DNA of 64,000 nucleotides. It comes from Eledone cirrhosa (Eukaryota). The stretch spans positions 186,868,001 to 186,932,000 of the forward strand of contig OZ024740.1 of assembly GCA_964016885.1 (NCBI GenBank), given 5' to 3'. The notes beneath the pieces were generated by a model. The model saw only the letters and a list, made by a program, of their open reading frames with translations. It had not been told where the DNA came from and did not search any database. The translations under genes and the position numbers were made by a program. This document shows positions 1-11,329 of this stretch, piece by piece. The stretch's first letter is position 1. The number at the start of each line of letters is the position of its first letter.

Positions 1-475
1 TCACATCTCACTGAAAATAACATATTATCTCCAATCCTTTCTGAAGAACTCTTGGTTATTTAACCAGGAAATCAAATTGATAGACTATTCTAATTATTCT
101 GAACATTTTTAACAGCATCTTAGAAAATATTTGTTTTTACTTTAAAAAGAGATATTTTGGGGGCGTTTTTATCTTTATTTTTTTCCTCATTGAAAACTCT
201 CATGAAAATTCTCATGAAAAAACATTTTATAAAATCATTTCATTAAACAATGTTTTTGTTTTTTGCAAAATATTTTCTTCATATTATTACTATCTGTTCA
301 TGTTTTGTCTTGTGTCCTGATTTGGTTTTCATTTCAAGAACACTTTAAGTAATATTAAAATTCAGATAATGTTTTGCTTATCTAAAACAGTATTTGGAGT
401 TAGATATTTTAGGTTGAGTTGGGCTAAAAGAAATTGCAACTGAGAATCGTGTGATATATTTCTAGTGCTACACAG

Positions 476-566
476 GTAGTCTTGAAAGAAGAAAAAAATA
501 CATCCAACAAAAGATTAAGAAGCTAAAAATAGATTTTAATACATCAGACAGCGTAAACAAGTGCTG
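476..566 (+). CDS. Candidate internal exon (GSLERRKKYIQQKIKKLKIDFNTSDSVNKC..), host gene unidentified
   Basis: Acceptor cacag|G at 475/476 (alternative ttctag| at 465/466), stop-free frame, donor TG|gtaact at 566/567 (phase 2, compatible with the 2668 acceptor). No homology recognised. Confidence 0.25.
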
Positions 567-620
567 GTAACTTTCTCGATAACAAAAAACTATTGCATCT
601 ATTTTAGTAGAAATTTTATT

Positions 621-679
621 ATGTTTATGATGTATGTTTTATTATATTTTTTCTTGAATTATTCACATGACTACCAGAG
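621..679 (+). CDS. Candidate exon segment ending at a consensus donor (MFMMYVLLYFFLNYSHDYQ..)
   Basis: ATG at 621, open frame to CAGAG|gtgagt at 679/680 (phase 2, in frame with the 2668 exon). The 5' boundary is unknown. Confidence 0.2.
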
Positions 680-1734
680 GTGAGTATGACAGCTCTTTTT
701 ATTTTCTCATAGACATTATATGTGATAAAGGAAAGTTTATTAATATTACAACATTACAGACTTCTTATAATAATCAAGTTGTATGAGTTTTAATTATGCA
801 GCACTCATAAGAAACATACATCAATTGTAAAATACTATAGCAATTTCTTGTTGGAAAATTAAGCCAATATATTTGAATATATTTAGTCACTTACAGTAAC
901 AAAAACAGCTTTTAAAAAAGAAGTTAGGAATTAATATTAGAAAAATAAAATGCAGACCTTTTTCACCATGTAATTTGTTTCATGACTGTCAAAAGGTACT
1001 TTGGTTATCGTGTAAAACTACAGCAATATGAAAGAAAACTGATCTACAAGAAAAGGTACTGTGATTAACCAGGAAAAAAACAAATCAATATAAAAGAAAA
1101 AAATGTTTTTCATTTGAGAAATGATCAACTAAAAAATTAAATTACATTTAATTTGCTTTATATGACTAGACTAAGAAACAAATGGAATATTATAATGAAG
1201 CAAATACAGTTATTACAATTATGAAGATGAATAGAAATTACTTCTTTTTGTTTAACACTTTTGTGGTCATATTTCAAATGAAACACATTCTATTTCAATT
1301 AATTAATAACGAATTTTGAACGATTAACTAAAATTATCAATTATGTTATTACTAAGATATTAACTTAATATATGGTTCTTATATAAAGTTATTTTGGAAT
1401 ACTTTAATTTAAATAGGACTTCTTCAAGATGGGTGGTTTAGTTTCATAGAACCAGAGCCTAGTTGGTATCAAAAGAGTTACAGTAAAGGAAAATATAAAA
1501 CATACAAGCCAAAGGAGAACCAAACAAAAAGATTAAGTACACTGAGTAAATACTACCTTGTGGGATATGCTGAGTTACAATCCTCTACATCAAAATAGAT
1601 TTAAATATTTTCCCTTGCAAAGTCAATAAATAAATGTAAGTTGAAGGCAAAATGTGTGAGTCAATATAATTATCAGCATGTACCCCAGCATGTTAAAGAA
1701 GTATTTCTCAAGTCTAGAAGATCATCAGACCAGA

Positions 1735-1960
1735 ACTTATCCTGGTTTCATTTGATGTTATGTGACTGAGATACAAGACTACCACCTAAGTGAAACTTCT
1801 GCTGTTGCTGTTGATATTAATATTTTAGCTAAGTAGACTGGAGAAAAGTGAAATGAAGTGCGTTACTCAAGGAATAACACACAACCAAGTCTGGAATAAT
1901 ACTCATAACCATGAAAGAGTGAGACTAATACACTAACTACTAGGATATGTGTGTTCATGC
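1735..1960 (-). mobile_element. Decayed SINE, family B
   Basis: Motif gactggag..aaatgaagtg..tactcaagga..acac shared with copies at 4270, 4925, 9770 and 59815 (minus) and 8050 and 50955 (plus). Confidence 0.6.
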
Positions 1961-2202
1961 CCAAAGAATGCCACAGTGCAGATACTGAAACAACTAAAAG
2001 AATAAAATAAAATAACAAAAATGATTTCTTATACAAACCTGAAAATGTACATAGTAGGGCTCAGTAGATGAGTGGTATTTATCATTATCAACATAAGGAT
2101 TAAAGGGAAAACATATTTCCCAGCAGGATTTAATCTAGGGTTGCAGATTAATACAGTATAAAATTAAACAGTATAAAACCTTTCAAACAACATTCATACC
2201 TC

Positions 2203-2384
2203 ATTATTTCTAGAGGGTCGGACGCCATGCTTTGACGCATAGAGTTACAGCCCTTGCCATTCTGAGTTCAAATCCCGCCGAGGTTAACTTTGCCTTTCAT
2301 CCTTATAGGGTCAATAAAAGAACGTACCAGTAATACACTGGGTAATTGCTGGCCTTGTGCCAAAAGTAGAAACAATTATTTCTA
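2203..2384 (+). mobile_element. Young tRNA-headed SINE (family A), 5'-truncated, with 10-bp TSD
   Basis: Box B GAGTTCAAATCC, central domain GCCGAGGTTAACTTTGCCTTTCATCC..GTC(G/A)ATAAAA..GTACCAG, tail AAGTAGAAACA. TSD ATTATTTCTA at 2203-2212 and 2375-2384. Confidence 0.9.
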
Positions 2385-2667
2385 ATGACAGTGTCACCAA
2401 TATTTTATTGATATAGTAATATAGTTTACTCTGAATAATAGCCAATTTTTTCCATAGTACTTTTATTAATTTCTTTAATTTTTTTCCTCACTGTTCACAA
2501 TATTTTCTTTGTGTCATTATTGTTGTAGCTGTTTCTGTCACTATTTTTTTTTTTTTGTGTTTTGCTGTTTTAAATAGAGCTTCACCCTATAAATATACTT
2601 ATATATGAGACACATTAGTGATAACAGATTTTTACATGTTTTTTTAAAATATTTTATCTTATTACAG

Positions 2668-2710
2668 TGAGATTGAAGTGACCGGCACCACAAGTGGAAA
2701 ACCATGCTGG
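2668..2710 (+). CDS. Candidate 43-nt alternative exon (xEIEVTGTTSGKPCW)
   Basis: Pyrimidine tract plus ttacag| acceptor, a GC-richer island with one open frame, TGG|gtaatg donor, and a downstream splicing-motif cluster. Confidence 0.45.
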
Positions 2711-2749
2711 GTAATGGTTACCCAGTGAAAAGTTATAGTTTTGGTATTT

Positions 2750-2794
2750 TGCTTGCTTTCTAAACTTTGCATGATCTCACATCACGTCACTAAC
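2750..2794 (+). promoter_or_regulatory. Intronic splicing-regulatory cluster (YGCY, TGCATG, YCAY x3, ACTAAC)
   Basis: TGCTTGCT 2750-2757, TGCATG 2768-2773, TCACATCACGTCAC 2777-2790 and ACTAAC 2789-2794 all lie within 85 nt downstream of the candidate donor. Confidence 0.45.
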
Positions 2795-3197
2795 ATAGCT
2801 TGAATGCAATTCTTATGAATTCAATGTTTTCTGGCATCTAATTCTGGCATTTCATCATGCTTTTGGAATATATATATATATATATATATACATATATTCT
2901 AAATTTTTAAACGTCTTTTCTTCCATAGAAAAATTGTTAAAATTTGTTTTCAACACGATTTTAACAAGAAGTTTAAATCTATATTAAATCACACATATAT
3001 TACAATTGAAAACTTACACAGTGCATTAGAGAAAAATAATCACTACAACTATAACTACTATTACAACAACTACAACAACAACTACTGCTACTACTACTAT
3101 CATTATTATTCCTTGCATATTTAGCAATTTTGTTTTGATTGGTTGAAATTACAAGGAAATATAGAACTTTAATTGAAAAAAGTAAAATAAAAAATCC

Positions 3198-3426
3198 ATA
3201 CTGCCATTAAAATAATTGTTTCTACTTTAGGCACAAGGCCAGCAATTACCCAGTGCATTACTGGTACGTTATTTTATCGACCCTGTAAGGATGAAAGGCA
3301 AAGTCAACCTCGGCGGGATTTGAACTCAGATCGTAAAGGGACGTAACTATGCTGGAAAGCATGGCGTCCGACCCTCTACCGATACTGCCAATCCACCACC
3401 CTATTATATACTGCCATTAAAATAAT
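3198..3426 (-). mobile_element. Full-length SINE family A with 19-bp TSD
   Basis: Reverse complement of the family A consensus including box A (TGGCAGTATCGG) and box B. TSD ATACTGCCATTAAAATAAT at 3198-3216 and 3408-3426. Confidence 0.92.
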
Positions 3427-3595
3427 AATAAACAATAACAATAACTAGTTTTAACTTGTGCAAGTCAAATTAATTTGATTAATAAATAATGTTATAAATA
3501 TATATATATGGTAGAAAAACATAAATAACTCCTATGTTATTGTTAGTACATTCAACAAGGAGAGATTTTAAACATTTTCAATTGGTTACCTTTGA

Positions 3596-3669
<74 letters not shown>

Positions 3670-4269
3670 GTGTGTACTTATATATGTACATATTCGATAT
3701 GAAGTAAATTAAATACGAAAATTAGAAAAGATAAAAAATGTTAAAAAAACAAAAGAAACAACAACAACAATAATAATAATAATAATCAGAGATTACTGCA
3801 ATGAATATAATCTTCAATTCAATTAATGAGAATATAAAATTTTATTTGATTAAAATAAAAAAAGATCAAGTTAAAAAAATCAAAGTAATACTTTGCAATC
3901 ACTTGATTTTCCTTTATCCGTCTTCTGGTGTGCTAAATCAGTTAAAATATAATGGGTTTATTTATAGTATCCTGTAGATAGCCTGCTGTGGTGATTAGGC
4001 TAGAATTGATAACTAGATTAAAGTCTGCATATACCTGTGAGATAAGTGCTGCCATATCTACTGACACATGTACACTTTCATAAACACATATACATTTATT
4101 CACTCACATTTCACAGAGGCACACACTGACTATGATGCTGTGATTAAAAAAGAAGCAAAAAATAATTAGCAGCATAAAAAGGAAAGTTTCCCCATTTTGG
4201 TCAAAACTGGCCTTGTGCTTTGAACCCATAACTGATTGACCATGTGTTTGCCGCTCCAAGCCTGGATTA

Positions 4270-4520
4270 AGTGTTTTATTGTGGTGGACCAAAGATTGCC
4301 CATGCATGCAAGTCTCCCTCTCTCCATGAGACTAATGTTATCCAAGGGAAAGGCAAAGAATTGGCCCTGGTGTTATCGCAACTCCTTTTTTTGCATTTGA
4401 GTGGACTGAAGCAATATGAATTAAATTATCTTTTCAAACTCACAATGCACCACCTGGTCTGGAGATCAAACACACAACCTTGTAATTATGCCCTCAGCCT
4501 GGGAATCATTAAGTCACATG
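4270..4520 (-). mobile_element. Decayed SINE, family B
   Basis: Aligns by eye with 4925-5190 (ttgcccatgcatgcaagt..ccaagg(g/a)aaagg..gagtg(g/a)actga). Confidence 0.65.
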
Positions 4521-4924
4521 CCAATACAATACCTTGGAGAGTTTTCACAAAAGATAAAACCTGAAATTTCAATGTAAATTTCATAAACTCATGTTCTTAT
4601 CTATCCCAATTGTTGTAGTACAAACAGGGTTACAATGTAGTAAAGTTACTTCTAATGTGAAACTATATAGTTACAGTGTAAACTTCTTACTCAGTCATGC
4701 CTGTAATTATATTATCATAAATCCGCTGATTTGTCTGTGATGCTCGTCAGTTGAGAGACGAGACTATAATATATGAGCATGAATTAATGTTAAACAAAAT
4801 CAACATAACAGGTTTGAAATCTTAAAATTTTAGCTGACTTCCACAAGAAGCCATACACAAGAGTTATTTAAGTAATTATATAATACACTTAAAGATCAGT
4901 AAACCATTTTGACTAGTGCACTTC

Positions 4925-5190
4925 CAATGCACAAGTCTGGGCAAGGTTGCATGTGGGAGACCAGCAGTTGCCCATGCATGCAAGTTTTCCCCACTCAATG
5001 TCATCAAAGTTGTCCAAGGAAAAGGTAAAGGCCAATACAGCTTGGCACCAGTGATATTGCAACTTATTTATACAGCTGAGTGAACTGATGAAATATGCAA
5101 TAAAGTGTCCTGCTCAAGGACACAGCACACTGCCCAGTCAGGAAATTGAACTCACAACCTAACAATTGTAAGCCAAACACTCTAATTAAT
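4925..5190 (-). mobile_element. Decayed SINE, family B
   Basis: taaagtgtcctgctcaaggacacagc..aattgaactcacaacc is the reverse complement of a tRNA-like head plus a tgtccttgagca core. Confidence 0.7.
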
Positions 5191-5486
5191 CAAACTGAAA
5201 CCTCCTAGATGCAAAAACAAACTTCTTAAACACACACCCATACCTGTGTTTATAACACATTGATAATTACATGAACTGAATCGCAGATATAAAAATGTCT
5301 TTCTCAGAAAATAAATAGCACTATCGGTGACATGATAGAAACTGTAAATCCTTCAGCGATAGGTCAACCATCTATTAACTCTTTCAGCTGCAGCTGTCCT
5401 ACTCTATATCAACATATAAAAATACAAAACTAGAGTGACCTACAATTAATTGTAAATTTACAAGTGTCAAGTTGTAAATATTTGTT

Positions 5487-5656
5487 GTATCGGTAGAGGG
5501 TCGAACGTTGAGCATAGAGTTACGGCCCTTGCCATTCTGAGTTCAAATCCCACCAAGGTTAACTTTGCCTTTCATCCTTACGTGGTCGATTAAATAAAGT
5601 ACCAGTAATACACTGGGATAATTGCTAGCCTTGTGCCAAAAGTAGAAACAATTATT
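5487..5656 (+). mobile_element. SINE family A, running into a (TTA)n tract
   Basis: Near-identical to the 2213-2374 and 52765-52951 copies. Confidence 0.9.
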
Positions 5657-5720
5657 ATTACTATTATTATTATTATTATTGTTGTTCTTTGAGTCTCAGT
5701 CATTGATGTTATCATTATTA

Positions 5721-5772
<52 letters not shown>

Positions 5773-6908
5773 CCATCCTGATATGGTTGGTATTTTAATT
5801 ATTGACCCCCTCCCCCACTCCAAAAGAATGAAAAGCAAAACTGATTTTAACAGGGAGTGCAGAGTGACAAATTAAATATTGCAAGGCATTTAATCTGATG
5901 CTCTAACAACTCTGCCAATATGCAGCCTTCATAAGTGAAATTGATTGACTTCATCTCAGGAATGAAACTGGCTCATAAATTGTAGCAAGTCTAGAATCTA
6001 CAGTAATCTCTGGTTCTATAATGCTTATTCTTCATACACATATATAATAAACAGGAGGGAAAGACTCTCTTACAAGAGTAATTAATTGTTTTTATTCACT
6101 AGTAATCAATAATATGTTGACAGGCAATATATATATATACATAGTGAGGGGGGGGGGGTTACAGGGATGTAATGTAGAAATGTTAAAGCTGTAAAGATAT
6201 CAAATAATAGAGAACCATATGAGATGGCAAATGACAACCAAAATGTAATAAACTATCTAAGCATAACATTTCATATCACAGTTCTTGGTGATTAGAAATG
6301 CATTAACAAAAAAAAAAACAATACATAATTGTTTTCAATTCTTCCACATGAATGAAGCTTAAATTTGGTACCAACATTCATATAGGAAAACTTGTGGACA
6401 AAAAATAATAATAATAAAAAGTAAATAAATTCCAAAGCTGGATACAGTCTAGGTCACTTCTAATGAAGTAATTCCAATTAAGGAAATGAGGAAAAAAAAA
6501 AAAATTTAATCATTCTATTTGATTGTGATTTCTTTTATTTGTTTACTTATTTATTTAGTTAGTTAGTTAATGTGGCACAGTGACTGAATTGTTAAGGTAT
6601 AATAGATTTATCATGGTCCAAGAAGTGAAGTTTAAAATCTCTTTGTATGCAATTAACATTGTTTCCTTTAACAAAATGCATTATTATTCTATTTGCTTTT
6701 GTTTACATAAGGCCAAGTCTATTTCTGTGAATGAATATTTAGTGTTCAGGAAAGGCATGCAACTGTTAAAATCTATCTTCTTCAAAACCCTGGAAAAATT
6801 GTGAACTTGCAGAAGAAGGTTATTCTGAAAGGCAATACATAGGTGGGTGGAATAACAGAATTTTTCGATATAGAAGTAGCTATATTAACCCAAATCATTA
6901 CAATAACA

Positions 6909-7000
6909 GAAGTCTGATGAGCTTTTGATTCCAGAGTCAGGGCCCGATCGGCACAGATCAAACCTTGAGTTGATCAATCATGAAATGTGTGACACACTTC
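6909..7000 (+). ncRNA. Type I hammerhead ribozyme-like motif, large-loop family, copy 1 (3' core decayed)
   Basis: CTGATGA at 6914-6920, stem II GCTTTTGAT/ATCAATCA, GAAAT at 6982-6986, flanking GAAGT/ACTTC. Homologous to 7288-7360 and to the reverse complement of 27273-27361. Confidence 0.5.
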
Positions 7001-7033
7001 AATAAATGTAATGAAAATTTGACACATCTTCCA

Positions 7034-7067
<34 letters not shown>

Positions 7068-7164
7068 CTCTGCTTAGTACAACATTGAAAATCATACTGG
7101 TTATGATCGAGTGCTTACTTTGGTCAGTCTCCTTAGAAGCAATGTTAATAATAATAATAATAAT

Positions 7165-7238
7165 AATTGTTTCTACTTTAGGCACAAGGCCAGCAATTAC
7201 CCAGTGCATTACTGGTACTTTATTTTATCAACCCCGTA
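7165..7238 (-). mobile_element. 3' fragment of SINE family A in an (AAT)n tract
   Basis: ttgtttctactttaggcacaaggccagcaattacccagtgcattactggtactttattttatc matches the family A tail. Confidence 0.85.
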
Positions 7239-7287
7239 TATAATGTTAATAATAATAATGGGGAAGTGTCAGAGTTTCATCATTAGG

Positions 7288-7360
7288 TTGATTCTAGTGT
7301 CAGGCCCGATTAATACAGATCAAACCTTGAGCTGATTAATCGCGAAACATGCGTCACACA
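7288..7360 (+). ncRNA. Hammerhead large-loop family, copy 2 (5' CTGATGA lost; GAAAC-ATGC-GTC retained)
   Basis: Direct repeat of 6925-6997, with GC-GAAAC at 7342-7348 and GTC at 7353-7355. Confidence 0.45.
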
Positions 7361-8049
7361 TTGATACTTTGACATTTCATTCCTACTCATTATTATTATA
7401 TATATATATTCTATTTATGATTCATACACGTTTTAGGCTGAATCTTTTGCTAATAATATAGGCCTAGTTTACAATAAAACCAAGAAAGTTGGGAAAACAC
7501 AATTATGTTCCATTTTAACAACTTAATTTCAAGATTAGAGCTATACCACCACAGATAGCGTTGCTGTATAGGAGTGCTGGAGGCATAAAAAGAAAGCAAA
7601 AATATACACAGAAAGTCTACACTCACACACATACACACATGTGTGTGTTGAATGGAAAAATAATATCTATTTACCATATGTGTGAGTATAAAGAAAAAGA
7701 TACTTAACTATACATACACAGGCATAGATACTTAACTATGCACACACAGACAGCCGCACAAAAATATATTCATATATAAACAGAACAGATATAAGTGAAA
7801 AAACACAGACACAGACCAAAATCAAAATTAATTAAAGCTTCTCATAATGGTCAACTAGAAATAGAAGTGAATCTCCCTCAAAGTATACCTTACCATTCTA
7901 AAAAGGAGAGGAATCATTGGATAATGTGTTTCTAATTTGCAATAAATAAGAATAAAAATGATCTGGGGTCTAAACAATAACAATATACACATGCAGAAAC
8001 ATAAACACATCTACACATAGAAATATGCATAACCACACACATTCAACAT

Positions 8050-8310
8050 TCATCATTGTAAGGTTGTTGGAGCTAAAATCATAATGTTGAGGGTTTGATT
8101 CCTGGACTGAGTTGTGTGTTGTGTTTTTGAGCAAAACACTTTATTTACCATTGCTCCAGTATACTCTGGAAAATGAGTACCAGAAATAGCTGGGGGGTTA
8201 ATCTGGAATGGACGGGCATGCTGTCCAGGGGCTGTACTCACAGTTGCTTACTGCCATGGAAACAGAGATAAGCTTTGGTCTGATCAGCCTCTGTGCTCAA
8301 GACAGATTTT
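8050..8310 (+). mobile_element. Decayed SINE, family B
   Basis: Box B-like gggtttgattcc followed by tgtgtttttgagcaaaacactttatttaccattgctccagt. Confidence 0.65.
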
Positions 8311-9467
8311 AGACTATTTCGGTTTAAATAAGACATCTTTAAAATGGACCATCTAATGTCATAGATCCTGAGGCAGTTTTCTGCTGGTCGGAATAAAAAG
8401 GGCTAACCAATCATGTATTTGCACCAATCAGAAATTGTAGCAGATGAAATTTTTACCAAATCAGAAACAACAAGTTGTCTATGTCCACTACAATTTCCGC
8501 TTGTTATAGCTAATACAATATATACACACATAAATATAAGCACTTTGCATGTTAAATTTTCAAAATGTTCAGCATCTGTGCTTATACCCTACCAATATCA
8601 TTAAACAATGCCAAAATAAAAAAAAAGAAATTAACAAATGCAAAAGCTCACTTATGCGAAAGAAGAATTGGCTCTAAAAGTTTAGTGATAACATTTTTAT
8701 CCTTGGCAATCAATTCTTATAGCTGTTAGTTTGAACAAAAGTCAATGGGTAACAGAGGATAAAATTCCTTGGAATCAAATCCTTAATATCATTCTGCTAA
8801 AAAACTGTAAAAATAAACGTAATAGATTTCTCATCCTACTTCGTAATTCTTCTGTCTATTCTGTCATCTTTTACATTTTTTAATTTATGTTTTTAAATTT
8901 GTTGGGGTTTATTTTTTGGTAATCTTTATATTTCTCTTTTTCTCTTGTTATAAATATATTTTATTTTTGGCAGACTTATTGCGTTATATATTTTTTTATG
9001 TCAAACTCCTCCCCAACAACAACAACAGAGCTAAATGATTTGTCTATAGGTTTGCAATTGTTGTTGTTTCACAGTATTGTAATTTACTCCTTTCAATTAC
9101 ATTCTATCTAACGTTTAAGTTTTGGTTTTGATTTTGGTTTGGGTTTTTGGTAGGGGTTAAATTCCTAAATACTTTTCATTCTGGTTTTCATTTCTTCACA
9201 CTATAAAAGTTATTTTCACAAAAGTTTGCTTCAAAAAATTTTGTGTAAAGACCATAAAATATAGCATATTTTCGTATATTCTACATCCAGCCACCAACAA
9301 CAAAAACAAAAGTTTTAGATATATAAATTGAAAGTCAAAATGGAAAAAACAGCATTCCATGTGTGCGTGTATGTGCATGTAAGTATATATATATATATAT
9401 ATATATAAACATGCATGTGTGTGTGTGTGTGTGTGCGTGTATATATATGGGTGTGGATGTATATTAT

Positions 9468-9527
9468 GTCCCCCCCGTGCAAGCAGGGAAAAAGCGGACA
9501 TAAAATAAAATGATGATGATGATGATG
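9468..9527 (+). mobile_element. Isolated RTE-type 3' tail ending in (GAT)n
   Basis: gcaagcagggaaaaagcggacataaaa..tgatgatgat matches the 3' end of the RTE at 35379-35445 (reverse complement). Confidence 0.7.
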
Positions 9528-9769
9528 GGTGTGTATATATGTATATATGGGTGTGTATGTACATATATGGCTGTGTAATATCAGTCAATGTTTTGAATTT
9601 TTATATTAATTGTAGGTTGTTCAGTGTTCAATGAAATTGTTGATGAGAAAAGCTTTGTCACTATGTCTATACACTGTCTCTCTATATCGTGTGTGCTTAG
9701 ATTAAGAATTAATATATATAAATATATAAAAATATATATGTTAGCCTCAACAAGTGCTCCAATTGTTCA

Positions 9770-10050
9770 AACAACTGAAGAGCCTGCTTGTGAAATCAAT
9801 GTGCAAGTAGTCGAGCAATCCACAGACTCATGTAAGTTTAACATATTATTCAGGTAGATTCAGCATGATACTGCATGTAAACAAAGCTGGCTATCTGAAT
9901 TACAAGTAAAATTCATTTATGTCAACTGAGTGGACTGGAGTAGCATAAAATCAAGTGTCTTGCTAAAAGACACAATTAGTTGGTGGGACTTGAACTCATG
10001 ACTTTACAATCATGTGCCAAACAGACTTACCATTAAGTTATGCACCTTCA
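9770..10050 (-). mobile_element. Decayed SINE, family B
   Basis: gagtggactggagtagcataaaatcaagtgtcttgctaaaagacaca..cttgaactcatgac. Confidence 0.65.
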
Positions 10051-10093
10051 ATATATATATATATATATATGCTCACACAAACACACATTCACA

Positions 10094-10144
<51 letters not shown>

Positions 10145-10149
10145 TTAAT

Positions 10150-10830
10150 ACATTAACAGAGAAAGCTTTAAGCGATACTCTGACCAACTCCATCTCACTC
10201 AACAAACATTACGATATACCTAACTATAATCCCAATTTAGTGTTTGGGGTGCTAACTATACAGTATTCCGTTGATAGCTGGTTGTATTATTTTATATGAG
10301 ACATAATTAAATAAATATCTCTTTCCTTCCATACGATCGTTTCGTTATAAGATTTCTACAAGTGGGGATAATTAATGTCCAGGTTATGTAGAAACTTGTA
10401 TATAAGCCATAGATATACACACAAGCGGGCCCTTATAACTCATCAGTGGATGCCCATGCAATCGATATAAAAAACTACATCGATATTAATAATTAGTGAT
10501 GGTCTCCATCAGTGCTAGAAGGACAGCTAAATTTGTATATATATGTATATATATATGAAATAGCCGTCGAAACGGCTTGAGCTCTGCCGTCGGGGTCATC
10601 CTTTTTCCTATATATATATATATATATATATATGCATACACACATATCTATATAGACAGATAAGGCAATGGGGAAAGTTGTTCTAAGTATTACTACTTCT
10701 AGATAGAGAAACCTCAGTTGAATTATTTGTTCAGTAAAAATTCTTTGTTGAAATTGCGAGATGCAAAGCCTCATAACTACCAACAGTTTCATTCTGGGCA
10801 CTGAGAATTTTCAGCCTGATGCTGGTGTTA
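10150..10830 (-). mobile_element. Probable Penelope-like element 3' relic, interrupted by (TA)n tracts
   Basis: CpG-retaining island containing the hammerhead. Frameshifted minus-strand translation of 10690-10820 gives ..LKILSA..MKLLVV/EALHL..LNK, resembling the C-terminus of PLE GIY-YIG endonucleases. Judged by eye only. Confidence 0.4.
10328..10450 (-). ncRNA. Type I hammerhead ribozyme with intact catalytic core and 80-nt structured loop II
   Basis: The minus strand reads UCCA-CUGAUGA-GUUAUAAG-[80 nt]-CUUAUAAC-GAAAC-GAUC-GUA|UGGA: stem I 4 bp, stem II 8/8 bp, palindromic stem III ACGAUCGU, GUA cleavage triplet (predicted cut between 10332 and 10331). Confidence 0.8.
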
Positions 10831-11184
10831 CATATATGGAGATAATATATAGAGTTTGTGCATTTTGTGAGTAAATGGACTAAAATACAATCACACACAA
10901 ATATTACCATTACCTGATTTGAAATATACGTTTCTAAATGTTACCATGTTTAATGATGCAGCAATTTTTCCTATTTACTTATCAATTGCCATAACATAAC
11001 TTTTTGTGATGGAAACCCATTTGTTATGTTACAATTTGACAAAACAATACAAATTTATTTGGTGCTTTGTAAGTTAAAAACGACTTCAACTTGCTGTGAA
11101 TATATAGTTTTGTAGGGTAGTTTACTAAGAATCATACATATATATGTGTATATATATATATATATAAAGTTATATCTGTATGTA

Positions 11185-11235
11185 TACAGGGTACATAAAC
11201 TGTACACTGGCACAGTCTCTATTACACACCCTGTA
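11185..11235. mobile_element. Tiny Tc1/mariner-type MITE relic
   Basis: TA-CAGGGT ... ACCCTG-TA ends. Confidence 0.45.
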
Positions 11236-11285
11236 TATATACAGATGTAATTTTATCATACACTTTGGCTGCTTTCCACAATTCT

Positions 11286-11329
<44 letters not shown>

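Noticed and set aside
2255-2285. tRNA-like GAGTTCAAATCC T-loop motifs
   Set aside because: These are box B elements of SINE heads. No cloverleaf or acceptor stem can be built.
4568-4755. Possible minus-strand hammerhead (UCAA-CUGACGA...GAAAU..UUGA)
   Set aside because: There is no convincing stem II closure and no NUH triplet before stem I.
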